In this document: piece by piece, positions 16,528 to 26,052 of the stretch
Layout of the letters: each line of letters starts with the position of its first letter
Numbering within the stretch: position 1 is the first letter of the stretch
Assembly: GCA_902785275.1 (NCBI GenBank)
Contig: CACZYB010000004.1
Location: 1 to 64,000 of the forward strand
Reading direction: 5' to 3'
Source of the DNA: an uncultured Pseudomonadota bacterium
GTDB taxonomy: Bacteria; Pseudomonadota; Alphaproteobacteria; Rs-D84; CACZYB01
Length of the DNA: 64,000 nt
The notes under the pieces: generated by a model
Told to the model about the DNA's origin: nothing
The model's input: the letters and a program-made list of their open reading frames with translations, nothing else
The model's database searches: none
Translations under genes and position numbers: made by a program

Positions 16528-16556
16528 TTGACAAATCATAGGAAAAGGTGTATAAA
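16528..16556 (+). promoter_or_regulatory. rpmI-rplT promoter
   Basis: TTGACA (16528-16533), 17 bp, TATAAA (16551-16556). Confidence 0.7.
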
Positions 16557-16634
16557 TCTGTTTATCTTTGGCAGAACGGGCTTGAAATTGGCTGCCTGTC
16601 TGCTGTTTGTTTAACCTAAATATAAGGAGTCGAA

Positions 16635-16838
16635 ATGCCAAAATTAAAAACTAGAAGTGCTTTTAAACTTCGTTTTCGCTTGACTGCAAGTGGTAAAGTA
16701 AAAACAAGTCGCGCTCATCATAATCACTTTATGAGAAGAAAATCTGCAAGATCATTGACTGAAGCTATTCATGGTCAATACCTTGAAGGAAGCGATAAAA
16801 AAATAGTAGCAAGATCAATGCCTTATGGTATGAAATAA
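16635..16838 (+). CDS. rpmI: 50S ribosomal protein L35
   Basis: [23 protein letters not shown]...MPYG; directly upstream of rplT. Confidence 0.96.
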   Translation: MPKLKTRSAFKLRFRLTASGKVKTSRAHHNHFMRRKSARSLTEAIHGQYLEGSDKKIVARSMPYGMK

Positions 16839-16852
16839 GAGGAGTTTAAAAA

Positions 16853-17218
16853 ATGGCACGTGTAAAAAGAGGTCTTACAAAAAGACAAAGACATAAAAAA
16901 GTATTATCAATGGCAAAGGGTTACCGTGGTCGTAGCTCATCTTGCTATCGTATCGCACATGAACGCGTTGAAAAAGGTTTGCAATATGCTTACCGTGATA
17001 GAAAAAGAAACAAATCTAATTTCAGATCTTTGTGGATTACTCGTATCAATGCTGCTGTTCGTGCATACGGAATTACATATTCAGAATTCATGAACGCTTT
17101 GACAAAGGCTAACATCACTCTTGATAGAAAAGTATTGGCTGATATGGCTGTACGTGATGCTGATGCATTCAAAGTTGTTGTTGAAAATGCAAAACGATTT
17201 ATCGGAGAAGCTAAATAA
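16853..17218 (+). CDS. rplT: 50S ribosomal protein L20
   Basis: [39 protein letters not shown]. Confidence 0.98.
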   Translation: MARVKRGLTKRQRHKKVLSMAKGYRGRSSSCYRIAHERVEKGLQYAYRDRKRNKSNFRSLWITRINAAVRAYGITYSEFMNALTKANITLDRKVLADMAVRDADAFKVVVENAKRFIGEAK

Positions 17219-17260
17219 GCCCTCGGATATGTTGCATATTCAATAAAAAGGTATTATAAT

Positions 17261-17289
17261 AAGAGGGCTTGGAAACAGGCCCTTTTTTA
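17261..17289 (+). terminator. Intrinsic terminator after rplT
   Basis: agggctt-ggaaac-aggccct followed by a T-run. Confidence 0.7.
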
Positions 17290-17312
17290 TTTTTTTATAT
17301 GAGGAAACGGAA

Positions 17313-18302
17313 ATGGTAGATGCGAAAATAAATCCTTTAAGTTTAGAAGGTCGTCCTCTTTCTGAACGAAAGAATATTTATGATTTGCGCAGTATTGATG
17401 TTTCTAAGGAAAATTATTTGTGGAATGATTTGTTTTCTTCTTTATCTTTAGAAGATTTTATATTTGATAGTAAAACAAAATTTCCACAATCTGTTTCTCA
17501 GAAATTTTCTGATATGTTAGAGAAGGCAAAAAATCGTGGACTTGGGATAAATTCTTTACATCAAAAGGGATATACAGGAAAAGGAGCAACAGTTGCTATT
17601 ATTGATCAACCATTACTTGTTTCACATGAGGAAATAAAAGATAATGTTATTTATTATGAAGAAGTAGGGGAACGTCAACCTTGGTCTAATCAGGCATCAC
17701 AACATGGTATTGCTGTTTCTTCCATATTATGTGGTAAAAATATTGGTGTTGCACCAGATGCAAAACTTGCCTATTTTTCAGTAGCAAAGACAAATCCTTA
17801 TGATTATATAAATGCAATATATAGTGTAATTGAGTATAATAAGACTTTGCCAAAGGAAAATAAAATTCATACAGTTTCAATTTCCTATGGTATTCCAACA
17901 GAAAATGAAGAACAAGAAAAAAGATTGTTAGATGTAATGCAAAAGGCGCAAAAAGCAGATATTTTTGTTATTACGACATCTCTTGGGAAAACTCATAACC
18001 TTAGTTTTATAGGTGGAGATAGAAATATCAACAATAATTTAGATAATCCACAGGAATACAAAGAACCACTTTTTATTCAGAAAAGAAATTTATCTTCGAA
18101 TAATAAAAATTCTGATATAAACAAAACGCTCATTGTTCCACAAGATAGAGTAACTGTGGCATCTCCAACAGGAAACAATGATTATGCTTATTATACAAAT
18201 GGCGGAATGAGTTGGGCTGTTCCATATCTTGCTGGTGTTTATGCTATTGCAAAAAATTCATTTCCAGAAATTACACCTGAAAATTTTTTGATATTGCAAT
18301 AA
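17313..18302 (+). CDS. S8 family (subtilisin-like) serine peptidase, probably frameshifted near the C-terminus (extended frame ends 18463)
   Basis: Triad motifs TGKGATVAIIDQ, HGIAVSSILCG, GGMSWAVPYLAG. Confidence 0.85.
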   Translation: MVDAKINPLSLEGRPLSERKNIYDLRSIDVSKENYLWNDLFSSLSLEDFIFDSKTKFPQSVSQKFSDMLEKAKNRGLGINSLHQKGYTGKGATVAIIDQPLLVSHEEIKDNVIYYEEVGERQPWSNQASQHGIAVSSILCGKNIGVAPDAKLAYFSVAKTNPYDYINAIYSVIEYNKTLPKENKIHTVSISYGIPTENEEQEKRLLDVMQKAQKADIFVITTSLGKTHNLSFIGGDRNINNNLDNPQEYKEPLFIQKRNLSSNNKNSDINKTLIVPQDRVTVASPTGNNDYAYYTNGGMSWAVPYLAGVYAIAKNSFPEITPENFLILQ

Positions 18303-18452
18303 AAACAGGATTAAAAAAAGAAATTTGTGGTAAAAAATGTAGTATAATAAATTCTGAAAATATAATAAAAATATTGGAATTTGAAAATGCTTCTGGTAAA
18401 ATTTTAAACAAACAAAATAATAATAACAATAATGTAAAAATGGATATTACAA

Positions 18453-19514
18453 ATGATAGATAAAAATGAAATATTAGCTAAAATTGGAAATGCCAGAACT
18501 ACATCAGAGTTGGAAACTTTGAATGTGGAGGTTATGGGAAAATCTGGTGTGTTGACTCTTGCTCTTCGTGAGCTTGGAAAAATGACACCAGATGAAAGAA
18601 AAGTTAAAGGAGCAGAGCTTAACCAAATAAAGATGGAAATTGTTTCTGCGATGGATGCAAAAAAATCTGAACTTGAACTTTTGGAAATAAATGCAAATTT
18701 GGAAAGTGACAAGATTGATATTTCTCTTAATAAAGCAGAAAGTGGAAAGGGGTATGTTCATCCTCTTACACAAGTTAGAGAAGAATTGTTGCAGATTTTT
18801 GGTTCACTTGGTTTTCGTTTGGTTTCTGCAAATGACCCTGATATAGAAGATGATTTCCATAACTTTACTGCACTTAATGTGCCACCATTCCATCCGGCAC
18901 GTTCAATGCAAGATACTTTCTTTTTAGATGGAGGTAATTTACTTAGAACACAAACTTCATCTGTTCAAATTCGTGAGATGGAAAGAACTGGTGTTCCTGT
19001 AAAAGTTATTACAATGGGTCGAGTTTACAGAAGCGATTGGGATGCTACACATACTCCTATGTTCCATCAAATTGAAGGTTTGTATGTCGATAAAAATATT
19101 AATATGTCCCACCTTAAGGGGTGTTTGATTGATTTTTTAAAAGCATTTTTTGAAGTTGATGATATTCCAACACAATTTAGACCAAGTTATTTCCCATTTA
19201 CTGAACCATCTGCGGAAATGGATATAAGATGTACAATACAAAATGGTGAATTGAAGATTGGTGCAAATGGTAACAGATGGCTTGAAATTTTGGGATGTGG
19301 TATGGTTCATCCGAATGTTTTGAAATCTGTTGGTGTTGATCCAGATGAATATCAAGGTTTCGCATTTGGTATGGGTATTGAAAGATTGACTATGCTTAAA
19401 TATGGTATTTCAGATATGCGTGGATGTTTCGGTTCTGATACTCGTTGGCTTTCACACTATGGGTTCGAAGCAGATGATGTGCCAAATATAATTACAGGTT
19501 TAAGTAAGAAATAA
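18453..19514 (+). CDS. pheS: Phenylalanine--tRNA ligase alpha subunit
   Basis: HPARSMQDTF, LLRTQTS, DATHTPMFHQIEG, FPFTEPS, GFAFGMGIERL. Confidence 0.98.
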   Translation: MIDKNEILAKIGNARTTSELETLNVEVMGKSGVLTLALRELGKMTPDERKVKGAELNQIKMEIVSAMDAKKSELELLEINANLESDKIDISLNKAESGKGYVHPLTQVREELLQIFGSLGFRLVSANDPDIEDDFHNFTALNVPPFHPARSMQDTFFLDGGNLLRTQTSSVQIREMERTGVPVKVITMGRVYRSDWDATHTPMFHQIEGLYVDKNINMSHLKGCLIDFLKAFFEVDDIPTQFRPSYFPFTEPSAEMDIRCTIQNGELKIGANGNRWLEILGCGMVHPNVLKSVGVDPDEYQGFAFGMGIERLTMLKYGISDMRGCFGSDTRWLSHYGFEADDVPNIITGLSKK

Positions 19515-19526
19515 GGAGAATTAAAA

Positions 19527-21914
19527 ATGTTGTTCACATATAATCAATTAAAAAAATTTTTAGATACAAATCTTACTCCTGATGAAATTGCAAATAAGCT
19601 TACTATGCTTGGTTTGGAGATAGAAGAGGTGAAGGATATGAAGGCACCTCTTGCTGACTTTATCGTTGGTGAAATTGTTGAATGTGCTGCTCATCCGGAT
19701 AGTGATCATCTTCATCTTTTGAAAGTAAATATTGGTTCAGAAGTTTTGAATGTTGTTTGTGGTGCACCAAATGCAAGAAAAGGTTTGAAGGGAATTCTTG
19801 CACGTCCAGGAAATATAATACCTCTTGATGGTACAAAACTTAAAAAAGGTATGGTTCGTGGTTATGAGTCATGTGGTATGATGTGTTCTGAAAAGGAACT
19901 TGGACTTGGTGAAAATCATGATGGCATTATTGAACTTCCAGGTGATGTAAAGGCTGGGGATAGTGCGGTTTTTGCATTATCAAAAATTTACAATCTTGAT
20001 GTAGTTTATGATGGTAATGTTTTGCCAAACCATCCGGACTATCTTGGTGTTCTTGGTATTGCAAGAGATTTGGCCGCTGGTGGTTTTGGTAAACTTTTGA
20101 TGCCAGAAGTAAAAGAAATTAAAGGTAGTTTCAAAAGTTTAATTACGGTTGAAAATAATGCAACAAAGGATGCTCATGAATTTAATACAAGATATATTAA
20201 AAATGTAAAAAATTCAGAATCTTCTAAATGGGTTAAAGATTATCTTTCATCTGTGGAGATGAATTCTATTTCTGCCTTGGTTGATATTACAAATTACTGT
20301 TTACATAATCTTAACCGTCCACTTCATGTTTTTGATGCTGATAAGATAAAGGGAAAGTTGGTTGTAGATTATGCAAAGGGGGGTGAAGAATTTGTTGCCC
20401 TTGATGGAAACACATACATACTTAATGCTGGCGATATTGTTATTAAAGATGATAATGGTATCCAAAGTTTGGCTGGTGTTATGGGTGGACTTGCGACTTC
20501 ATGTACTATGGAAACAAAAAATGTGCTTCTTGAGTCTGCTTATTTCAATCCTGTTGTAATAAGAAAAACAGCAAAACAATTAAAAATCGAATCGGATTCA
20601 AAGGCAAGATTTGAACGTGGAATTGATCCATGTTGTACAATCTGGGGTATGGAATATGCAACACAAATGATACTTGATATCTGTGGTGGTGAAGCATCAG
20701 AAATTTGTAAAACAGGTAAGTGCGAATTTAAGGAATATTCGATTGATTTCCCTGTTGCTTATTTCGCAAAGCGTGTTGGTTTTGATATTCCTAAAGCTGA
20801 TATGATTACAATTCTTTCAAATCTTGGATGTAAGGTTAAGGATAATACTGAGATTATTACTGTTACTCCTCCATCATATAGACAAGATATTGAAGGTAAA
20901 GCAGATATTACAGAAGAGCTTGTTCGTGTGTATGGTTTTGAAAAACTTCCTGCTATCTCTGTTGAGGCAAGTGGTGATGAAAAAGTTGTTGATGCAAAAA
21001 TCGTGCATAAGACAAAGCTTCCAAGAGTTCTTGCTTCACGTGGACTTATTGAAGTTTATACATGGTCATTTATGAGTGATAAGAAAGAACTTGATACAAG
21101 GGATAGCATAAGAATTGTTAATCCTATTACAAATGATTTGAATGTTATGCGTAAAAGTATTATTCCAAACCTTCTTGATGGAATAAAAACAAATCTTTCA
21201 CGTTCTATTATGACATCGAATTTGTTTGAAGTTGGTCCAACATTTTATGGCGATAAACCAACAGAGCAAAATACAACTGTTGCAGGTGTTAGACAAGGTT
21301 TGTCTGGTGTAAAAGATTGGGCAAATAATGCAAAACTTCCTGATTTTTATGATGTGAAAAATGATGTGTTGGCGGTGCTTTCAACATTTGGTGTTAATCC
21401 ATCAAGTGTGAAGTTTTCAACTGAAAACATTCCTTCATGGCTTAATCCATATAAAAGTGCGGTTGTTGTTTTCGCAAATAAAGTTGTTGGTTATGTGGGT
21501 GAAATTCATCCTCTTACACTTAAAAAGTTTGGTATTAAAAATACAAGTGTTGTTGCATTTGAAATCAATCTTGATTTAATGCCAGATGTAAAGTCAAAAG
21601 GAACAGCAAAAAAGAAACTTGTTATTTCAGACTTTTTACCAATTTCACGTGATTTTGCCGTTATAATTGATGAAAATGTTCCATGTGGAAATATACTTAA
21701 TGCCGTAAAAGCTTCGAACAAAGAGTATATAAAAGATGCCGTTATTTTCGATATTTATAAGGGTGAAAAGCTTGAAGTAGGTAAGAAATCGGTTGCTGTT
21801 CATATTATAATTGAACAGAGGGATAAAACTTTGACAGAAGATGAAATCAATGTAATTTTCAATGGTGCGATTGCTTCGGTTGAAAAGATTGGAGGAAAGC
21901 TTCGAGATAAATAA
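19527..21914 (+). CDS. pheT: Phenylalanine--tRNA ligase beta subunit
   Basis: HPDSDHL, VCGAPN, GMMCSEKELG, RFERGID, FDIYKG, B8 anticodon-binding domain. Confidence 0.97.
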   Translation: MLFTYNQLKKFLDTNLTPDEIANKLTMLGLEIEEVKDMKAPLADFIVGEIVECAAHPDSDHLHLLKVNIGSEVLNVVCGAPNARKGLKGILARPGNIIPLDGTKLKKGMVRGYESCGMMCSEKELGLGENHDGIIELPGDVKAGDSAVFALSKIYNLDVVYDGNVLPNHPDYLGVLGIARDLAAGGFGKLLMPEVKEIKGSFKSLITVENNATKDAHEFNTRYIKNVKNSESSKWVKDYLSSVEMNSISALVDITNYCLHNLNRPLHVFDADKIKGKLVVDYAKGGEEFVALDGNTYILNAGDIVIKDDNGIQSLAGVMGGLATSCTMETKNVLLESAYFNPVVIRKTAKQLKIESDSKARFERGIDPCCTIWGMEYATQMILDICGGEASEICKTGKCEFKEYSIDFPVAYFAKRVGFDIPKADMITILSNLGCKVKDNTEIITVTPPSYRQDIEGKADITEELVRVYGFEKLPAISVEASGDEKVVDAKIVHKTKLPRVLASRGLIEVYTWSFMSDKKELDTRDSIRIVNPITNDLNVMRKSIIPNLLDGIKTNLSRSIMTSNLFEVGPTFYGDKPTEQNTTVAGVRQGLSGVKDWANNAKLPDFYDVKNDVLAVLSTFGVNPSSVKFSTENIPSWLNPYKSAVVVFANKVVGYVGEIHPLTLKKFGIKNTSVVAFEINLDLMPDVKSKGTAKKKLVISDFLPISRDFAVIIDENVPCGNILNAVKASNKEYIKDAVIFDIYKGEKLEVGKKSVAVHIIIEQRDKTLTEDEINVIFNGAIASVEKIGGKLRDK

Positions 21915-21926
21915 TCTTGTATTGTT

Positions 21927-21957
21927 AAGGGGTTACGTAATAGTAACCTCTTTTTTT
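21927..21957 (+). terminator. Intrinsic terminator after pheT
   Basis: ggggttac-gtaata-gtaacctc followed by T7. Confidence 0.75.
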
Positions 21958-22037
21958 ATTTTTTTTTCAAATAAATGTTGACAAATTAAATATTTTGGTA
22001 TAGTTTTAGTTATCGTTTAAAGATAGGAGCTTTTTAA

Positions 22038-22577
22038 ATGAAACAATTTATATCAGCGAAACCGTTTCCAGAAGTTATTTGTGGAGATAATTTTATGTTG
22101 CAATTACATCATTCTGATGATGACAATCATATTGCAGAATTTGTAAATATGATTAGAAGAAATCGTGATTTTTCAGATTTTTTGGATGTTAGATATTATT
22201 TGAATGTAGATTCTGCAAAAAAAATTATTAAGCAAAGGGAAGAGTTTGCAAAAAATGGTTTGCTTGCTGATTATGCTATAACCCAGCTTTTTACAGGAAA
22301 AATTTTTGGTGGTATTTGCTTTGTAAATCATGGAGATAAATCTGTGGGGGTTACATATTATCTTGATAGACAATATCGTGGTTTGGGTTTTGTTTCAAAA
22401 GCATTGAAAATTGCAGAACCAGAGCTTGCAGAAATTGGGTTTGAAAAGGTTGTTTTGGATATAAATGAAAAAAATTCGAATTCTATTAATGTAGCAAAAA
22501 AGAATAACTTTGTTTTCAACGAAACCGGTTATCCAATGAAGAATTTTGTTAAGATAATAAAAGGTTATGAACATTAA
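22038..22577 (+). CDS. GNAT family N-acetyltransferase (RimJ/RimL-like)
   Basis: YYLDRQYRGLG acetyl-CoA motif; NSNSINVAKKNNF motif B; own TTGACA promoter at 21978. Confidence 0.8.
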   Translation: MKQFISAKPFPEVICGDNFMLQLHHSDDDNHIAEFVNMIRRNRDFSDFLDVRYYLNVDSAKKIIKQREEFAKNGLLADYAITQLFTGKIFGGICFVNHGDKSVGVTYYLDRQYRGLGFVSKALKIAEPELAEIGFEKVVLDINEKNSNSINVAKKNNFVFNETGYPMKNFVKIIKGYEH

Positions 22578-22598
22578 TAAATTTTTTATTTAAGTACT

Positions 22599-22636
22599 AA
22601 AAAAATCCCCATCGAAAGATGAGGATTTTTATTTTT
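22599..22636. terminator. Bidirectional intrinsic terminator
   Basis: aaaaaaatccccatc-gaaa-gatgaggattttt between convergent genes. Confidence 0.75.
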
Positions 22637-22648
22637 TGTTGGTAAAAA

Positions 22649-23197
22649 TTAGAAGTGGAATCTTCCCTTCATCATTACAGTATGGATTTTACCTTTTACA
22701 CCATCTGAACCAAAGTCTTTACCATCAAATGTTGTATCCATATATCTATATTCGATACCACCAGCAACAGGGATAAGTGGAAGACTTAAATCCAAGCCAA
22801 GCATATATTGTGGTCTTACTGCCCAATCAGATTTCATTGTACCAAAATCACCTGATTCTTTTAATTGAGAGTAAGCAAGTCCCATACCAACGTAAGGTTT
22901 TACGATTGGAAGAAGTGGAAGACCAACGTATGCATTTGCAGCGGCACCTTGGATTTTTGTGTTTATAGAATCTTTTTCACTTTTTAAATTGAAGATTTCA
23001 ACTTCACCACGTATTGGAATAAGTGGTAGAGGAATGCTCATACCTGTATAAACACTGAAAGCAGCGTCTTTATCAAATGATGTACCATCAATTTTTGCCT
23101 TTGATGAACCAACACCAGCACCAACATAAAATGCGTTTGCGTTTGCAGAAGCTAAAATAAGACCTGCTAAACTTAATGACAATAATTTTTTATTCAT
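22649..23197 (-). CDS. Small outer-membrane beta-barrel protein (OmpA-like transmembrane / porin family)
   Basis: Signal peptide ANA|FYVGAGVG, PYVGMG, EYRY, C-terminal Phe. Confidence 0.8.
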   Translation of the reverse strand: MNKKLLSLSLAGLILASANANAFYVGAGVGSSKAKIDGTSFDKDAAFSVYTGMSIPLPLIPIRGEVEIFNLKSEKDSINTKIQGAAANAYVGLPLLPIVKPYVGMGLAYSQLKESGDFGTMKSDWAVRPQYMLGLDLSLPLIPVAGGIEYRYMDTTFDGKDFGSDGVKGKIHTVMMKGRFHF

Positions 23198-23310
23198 AAT
23201 ATATCTCCTTTTATTTAGGTTATAGAGACTATCTCTATACCCCTAATTATAGGAGAAAAATGAAATATAGTCAATAAATAAGATTTTTTACTTAATTTCG
23301 TATTTTTTAT

Positions 23311-23862
23311 TTAGAATTTAAGTCTGGCTTTTAATAAGAATATGTGATATTTCGAAGTTTCTTTTTCATTATCGAATTCAAAATTTGTATTAATGTATCG
23401 GTATTCCATACTGCCGGCGAAGATAACTGTGGGAAGATCTAAATCTAAACCTATGATATATTCTGGTACGATTTTTCCATCGGATTTTTTGGGTAAGTTT
23501 TCTTCGTTTGAGTTATTCTTTTCTTTTAGGTATGCAAGTCCAAAACCAACATATGGAACAAGTATTGGAAGGAGTGGTAAATTTACGTAAGTGTTTATGC
23601 CGGCACCGTATGTGTTGACGTCAAAATTATTTTTTTTACTGTTAAATTTTTGGTATTCGGCTTCTATCCTTAGTGGAAAAAGAGGAATATAAAATGAAGA
23701 GCCTAAAGAAAAGGTAAATGCTCGTTTATCATCAAGGCTTTGGTTATCAAGTTTTACTTTTGATTTGCCAAGACCGACACCACTGTAAAATGTGGTAGCC
23801 TGTGATTTATTTGATAAAATAAGTATCGTTGTAGAGATTATTAAACATAAAATCTTCTTCAT
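23311..23862 (-). CDS. Small outer-membrane beta-barrel protein, paralog of 22649-23197
   Basis: Signal peptide, FYSGVGLG, RIEAEY, PYVGFG, EYRY, C-terminal Phe. Confidence 0.8.
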   Translation of the reverse strand: MKKILCLIISTTILILSNKSQATTFYSGVGLGKSKVKLDNQSLDDKRAFTFSLGSSFYIPLFPLRIEAEYQKFNSKKNNFDVNTYGAGINTYVNLPLLPILVPYVGFGLAYLKEKNNSNEENLPKKSDGKIVPEYIIGLDLDLPTVIFAGSMEYRYINTNFEFDNEKETSKYHIFLLKARLKF

Positions 23863-23933
23863 TTATATACCTCCGTTATTCCACTGTAAAATATATAAAC
23901 AAAGAATAAAGGTTTATCAATAATACAATATTC

Positions 23934-24308
23934 CTAGAAACCCCAGGCGTTTTTTATGTGTATGAATCGATAGTGTTCATCAAAACAGATTGCGTCGAAT
24001 CTGCAATTATAACTTTGATATTTTTTATTGTGTGAAAGAAAAATTTCAGCCGAGTGATAGATGCGATTTTGTTGTTTTTTGAAAATTGCTTCTTTTGCGA
24101 TATCAATAGTTTTTCGTTTTTTTACTTCGATAAAAACAATAGTATGCAAACGTTTTGCAATTATGTCAATTTCACCGGCTGATGTTCCACGGGTTGCACT
24201 ATAACGGGATGAAACAATACTGTATCCTTTTAACCTAAGGTACAATTTGGAAATTGTCTCGGCAAATTTTCCCGAATAATAGTTATTTTTTAGGTTTAGC
24301 AGTTGCAA
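23934..24308 (-). CDS. yraN: YraN family putative endonuclease
   Basis: G..AE, GEIDIIA, IVFIEVKKR, CRFDAI, HIKNAW. Confidence 0.9.
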   Translation of the reverse strand: MQLLNLKNNYYSGKFAETISKLYLRLKGYSIVSSRYSATRGTSAGEIDIIAKRLHTIVFIEVKKRKTIDIAKEAIFKKQQNRIYHSAEIFLSHNKKYQSYNCRFDAICFDEHYRFIHIKNAWGF

Positions 24309-25068
24309 CCATTGCCTCTCGTATTACTTTGTCGCCAAGTTTCCAACCAGATTGGAATTCTTGAATAATAGATTCAGGTTCAGCATCGGATTCAATTTGT
24401 GAAACAACACGATGTTCTGATGGATTAAACTTTTTACCGATTGTTTCTATCTTTGTAATGCCATTTCTTTTTAGTGATGATTCAAAGTTTGACATAACAG
24501 CTTTTAGTCCGGTAAGAACGTTTTCATCAACAGAATCCTTTATTGATGCGATTGCCAATGAAAGATTATCGAATAGAGGAAGCATATCACGTGCGAAATT
24601 TGAAACTTTGTAATCTACAAGATTTTTTGCATCAAGTTCGGCACGACGTTTTGAATTTTCTGCATCGGCGTATGCACGAAGATATTTATTTTGCCATTCT
24701 TCAAGTTGTGCAGTTAAATTTTGGATTTTATCAGTTTCTTTTTCACAACTTGGCTTATTTGAACAACAATGTTCTTTGTCGTTGTGACAGTGGCAAGTAT
24801 TTTCAGAATTCTGGCAACAACATTTCTTTTCATCACCGTGGCAGTGGCATTCTTTGCCTTCGTGATTTGAACAGCAACCATTTTCACTATTTTTACAGCA
24901 ACATTTTTTTTCGCCGTTTTGGCAGTGGCATTTATCATCTTTGTCGTTGCAATGGCAACCACCTTCTGATTGACAGTGACATTTGCATTCACCATTGTTG
25001 CAATGACAATTTGTTTCATTTTCGTTGTTATTATAGTATTTTTTGTTATCGCAATCTTTTTTTGACAT
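24283..25068 (-). CDS. grpE: Nucleotide exchange factor GrpE with Cys/His-rich N-terminal extension
   Basis: YLRAYADAENSKRR, FARDMLPLFDNL, GKKFNPSEH, GWKLGDKVIREAMV; first ~108 aa contain 25 Cys. Confidence 0.92.
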   Translation of the reverse strand: MSKKDCDNKKYYNNNENETNCHCNNGECKCHCQSEGGCHCNDKDDKCHCQNGEKKCCCKNSENGCCSNHEGKECHCHGDEKKCCCQNSENTCHCHNDKEHCCSNKPSCEKETDKIQNLTAQLEEWQNKYLRAYADAENSKRRAELDAKNLVDYKVSNFARDMLPLFDNLSLAIASIKDSVDENVLTGLKAVMSNFESSLKRNGITKIETIGKKFNPSEHRVVSQIESDAEPESIIQEFQSGWKLGDKVIREAMVATAKPKK

Positions 25069-25203
25069 ATTTAATCCCTTTTTTAATTAAATGTTATTTA
25101 CAATATATAGATAGTCTTAAAATCTATTTTTTTCAAGAGTTAAAAAATGCTTTTCAAATATCTTAAAGTTTGATATAATTTTATTATATGAGAGGATTAA
25201 AAT

Positions 25204-26052
25204 ATGACTGCAAAATTGATTGATGGAAAAAAACTTGCTGAAAAGGTTAGGCAAAGGCTTAAAATCGTAGTGAAATCTTTGAAAAAGAAGCCAAAGTTGG
25301 TGGTGGTTTTGGTTGGGGATAATCCAGCATCTCAGATTTATGTGAAAAATAAGCAAAAATATGCATTAGAGGTTGGTATAGAATCTGATGTTATAAGATT
25401 GGATAAAACAGTTGAAGAAAAAAAACTTTTGAAGATTATCAAAAAGCTTAACAAGGATAAAAAGGTTAATGGTATTTTGGTTCAACTTCCTTTGCTATCA
25501 CACATAAATGAATTTGATGTGATAAATGCAATCAGTCCACAGAAAGATGTTGATGGTTTTTCTGTTTATAATAAGGGGCTTTTATCTATTGGAAAAGATG
25601 CTTTGGTACCTTGTACTCCACTTGGAATTATGGAGATGTTTAAAGAGTATAAAATAAATCTTAAAGGAAAATTGGCAGTTGTAGTTGGTAGATCAAATAT
25701 TGTTGGTAAACCTATGGCACAACTTCTTTTGAATAATGATGCAACAGTTATTCAGTGTCATTCAAAGACAAAGAATCTTTCGGATATTACTTCAAAGGCG
25801 GATATTTTGATTTCTGCAGTTGGAAAGAAAAACCTTATTACCGAAAAATATGTTAAGGATGGCGCCATTGTTATTGATGTTGCTATGATACGTGATGAAA
25901 AAAATAAAAAGTGGCTTGGCGATGTTAATTTTGAAAAAGTTTCAAAAAAGGCAAGCTTTATTACTCCGGTTCCTGGTGGAGTTGGACCTATGACTATTGC
26001 AATGCTTTTGCAAAATACAATAACTGCGTATAAGGAACAGAATAAAAAATAA
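25204..26052 (+). CDS. folD: Methylenetetrahydrofolate dehydrogenase/cyclohydrolase
   Basis: YVKNK, GILVQLP, KDVDG, PCTP, GRSNIVGKP, TPVPGGVGPMT. Confidence 0.97.
   Translation: MTAKLIDGKKLAEKVRQRLKIVVKSLKKKPKLVVVLVGDNPASQIYVKNKQKYALEVGIESDVIRLDKTVEEKKLLKIIKKLNKDKKVNGILVQLPLLSHINEFDVINAISPQKDVDGFSVYNKGLLSIGKDALVPCTPLGIMEMFKEYKINLKGKLAVVVGRSNIVGKPMAQLLLNNDATVIQCHSKTKNLSDITSKADILISAVGKKNLITEKYVKDGAIVIDVAMIRDEKNKKWLGDVNFEKVSKKASFITPVPGGVGPMTIAMLLQNTITAYKEQNKK

Noticed and set aside
24543-25166. 207-aa plus-strand ORF opposite grpE
   Set aside because: Antisense shadow with no recognisable motif
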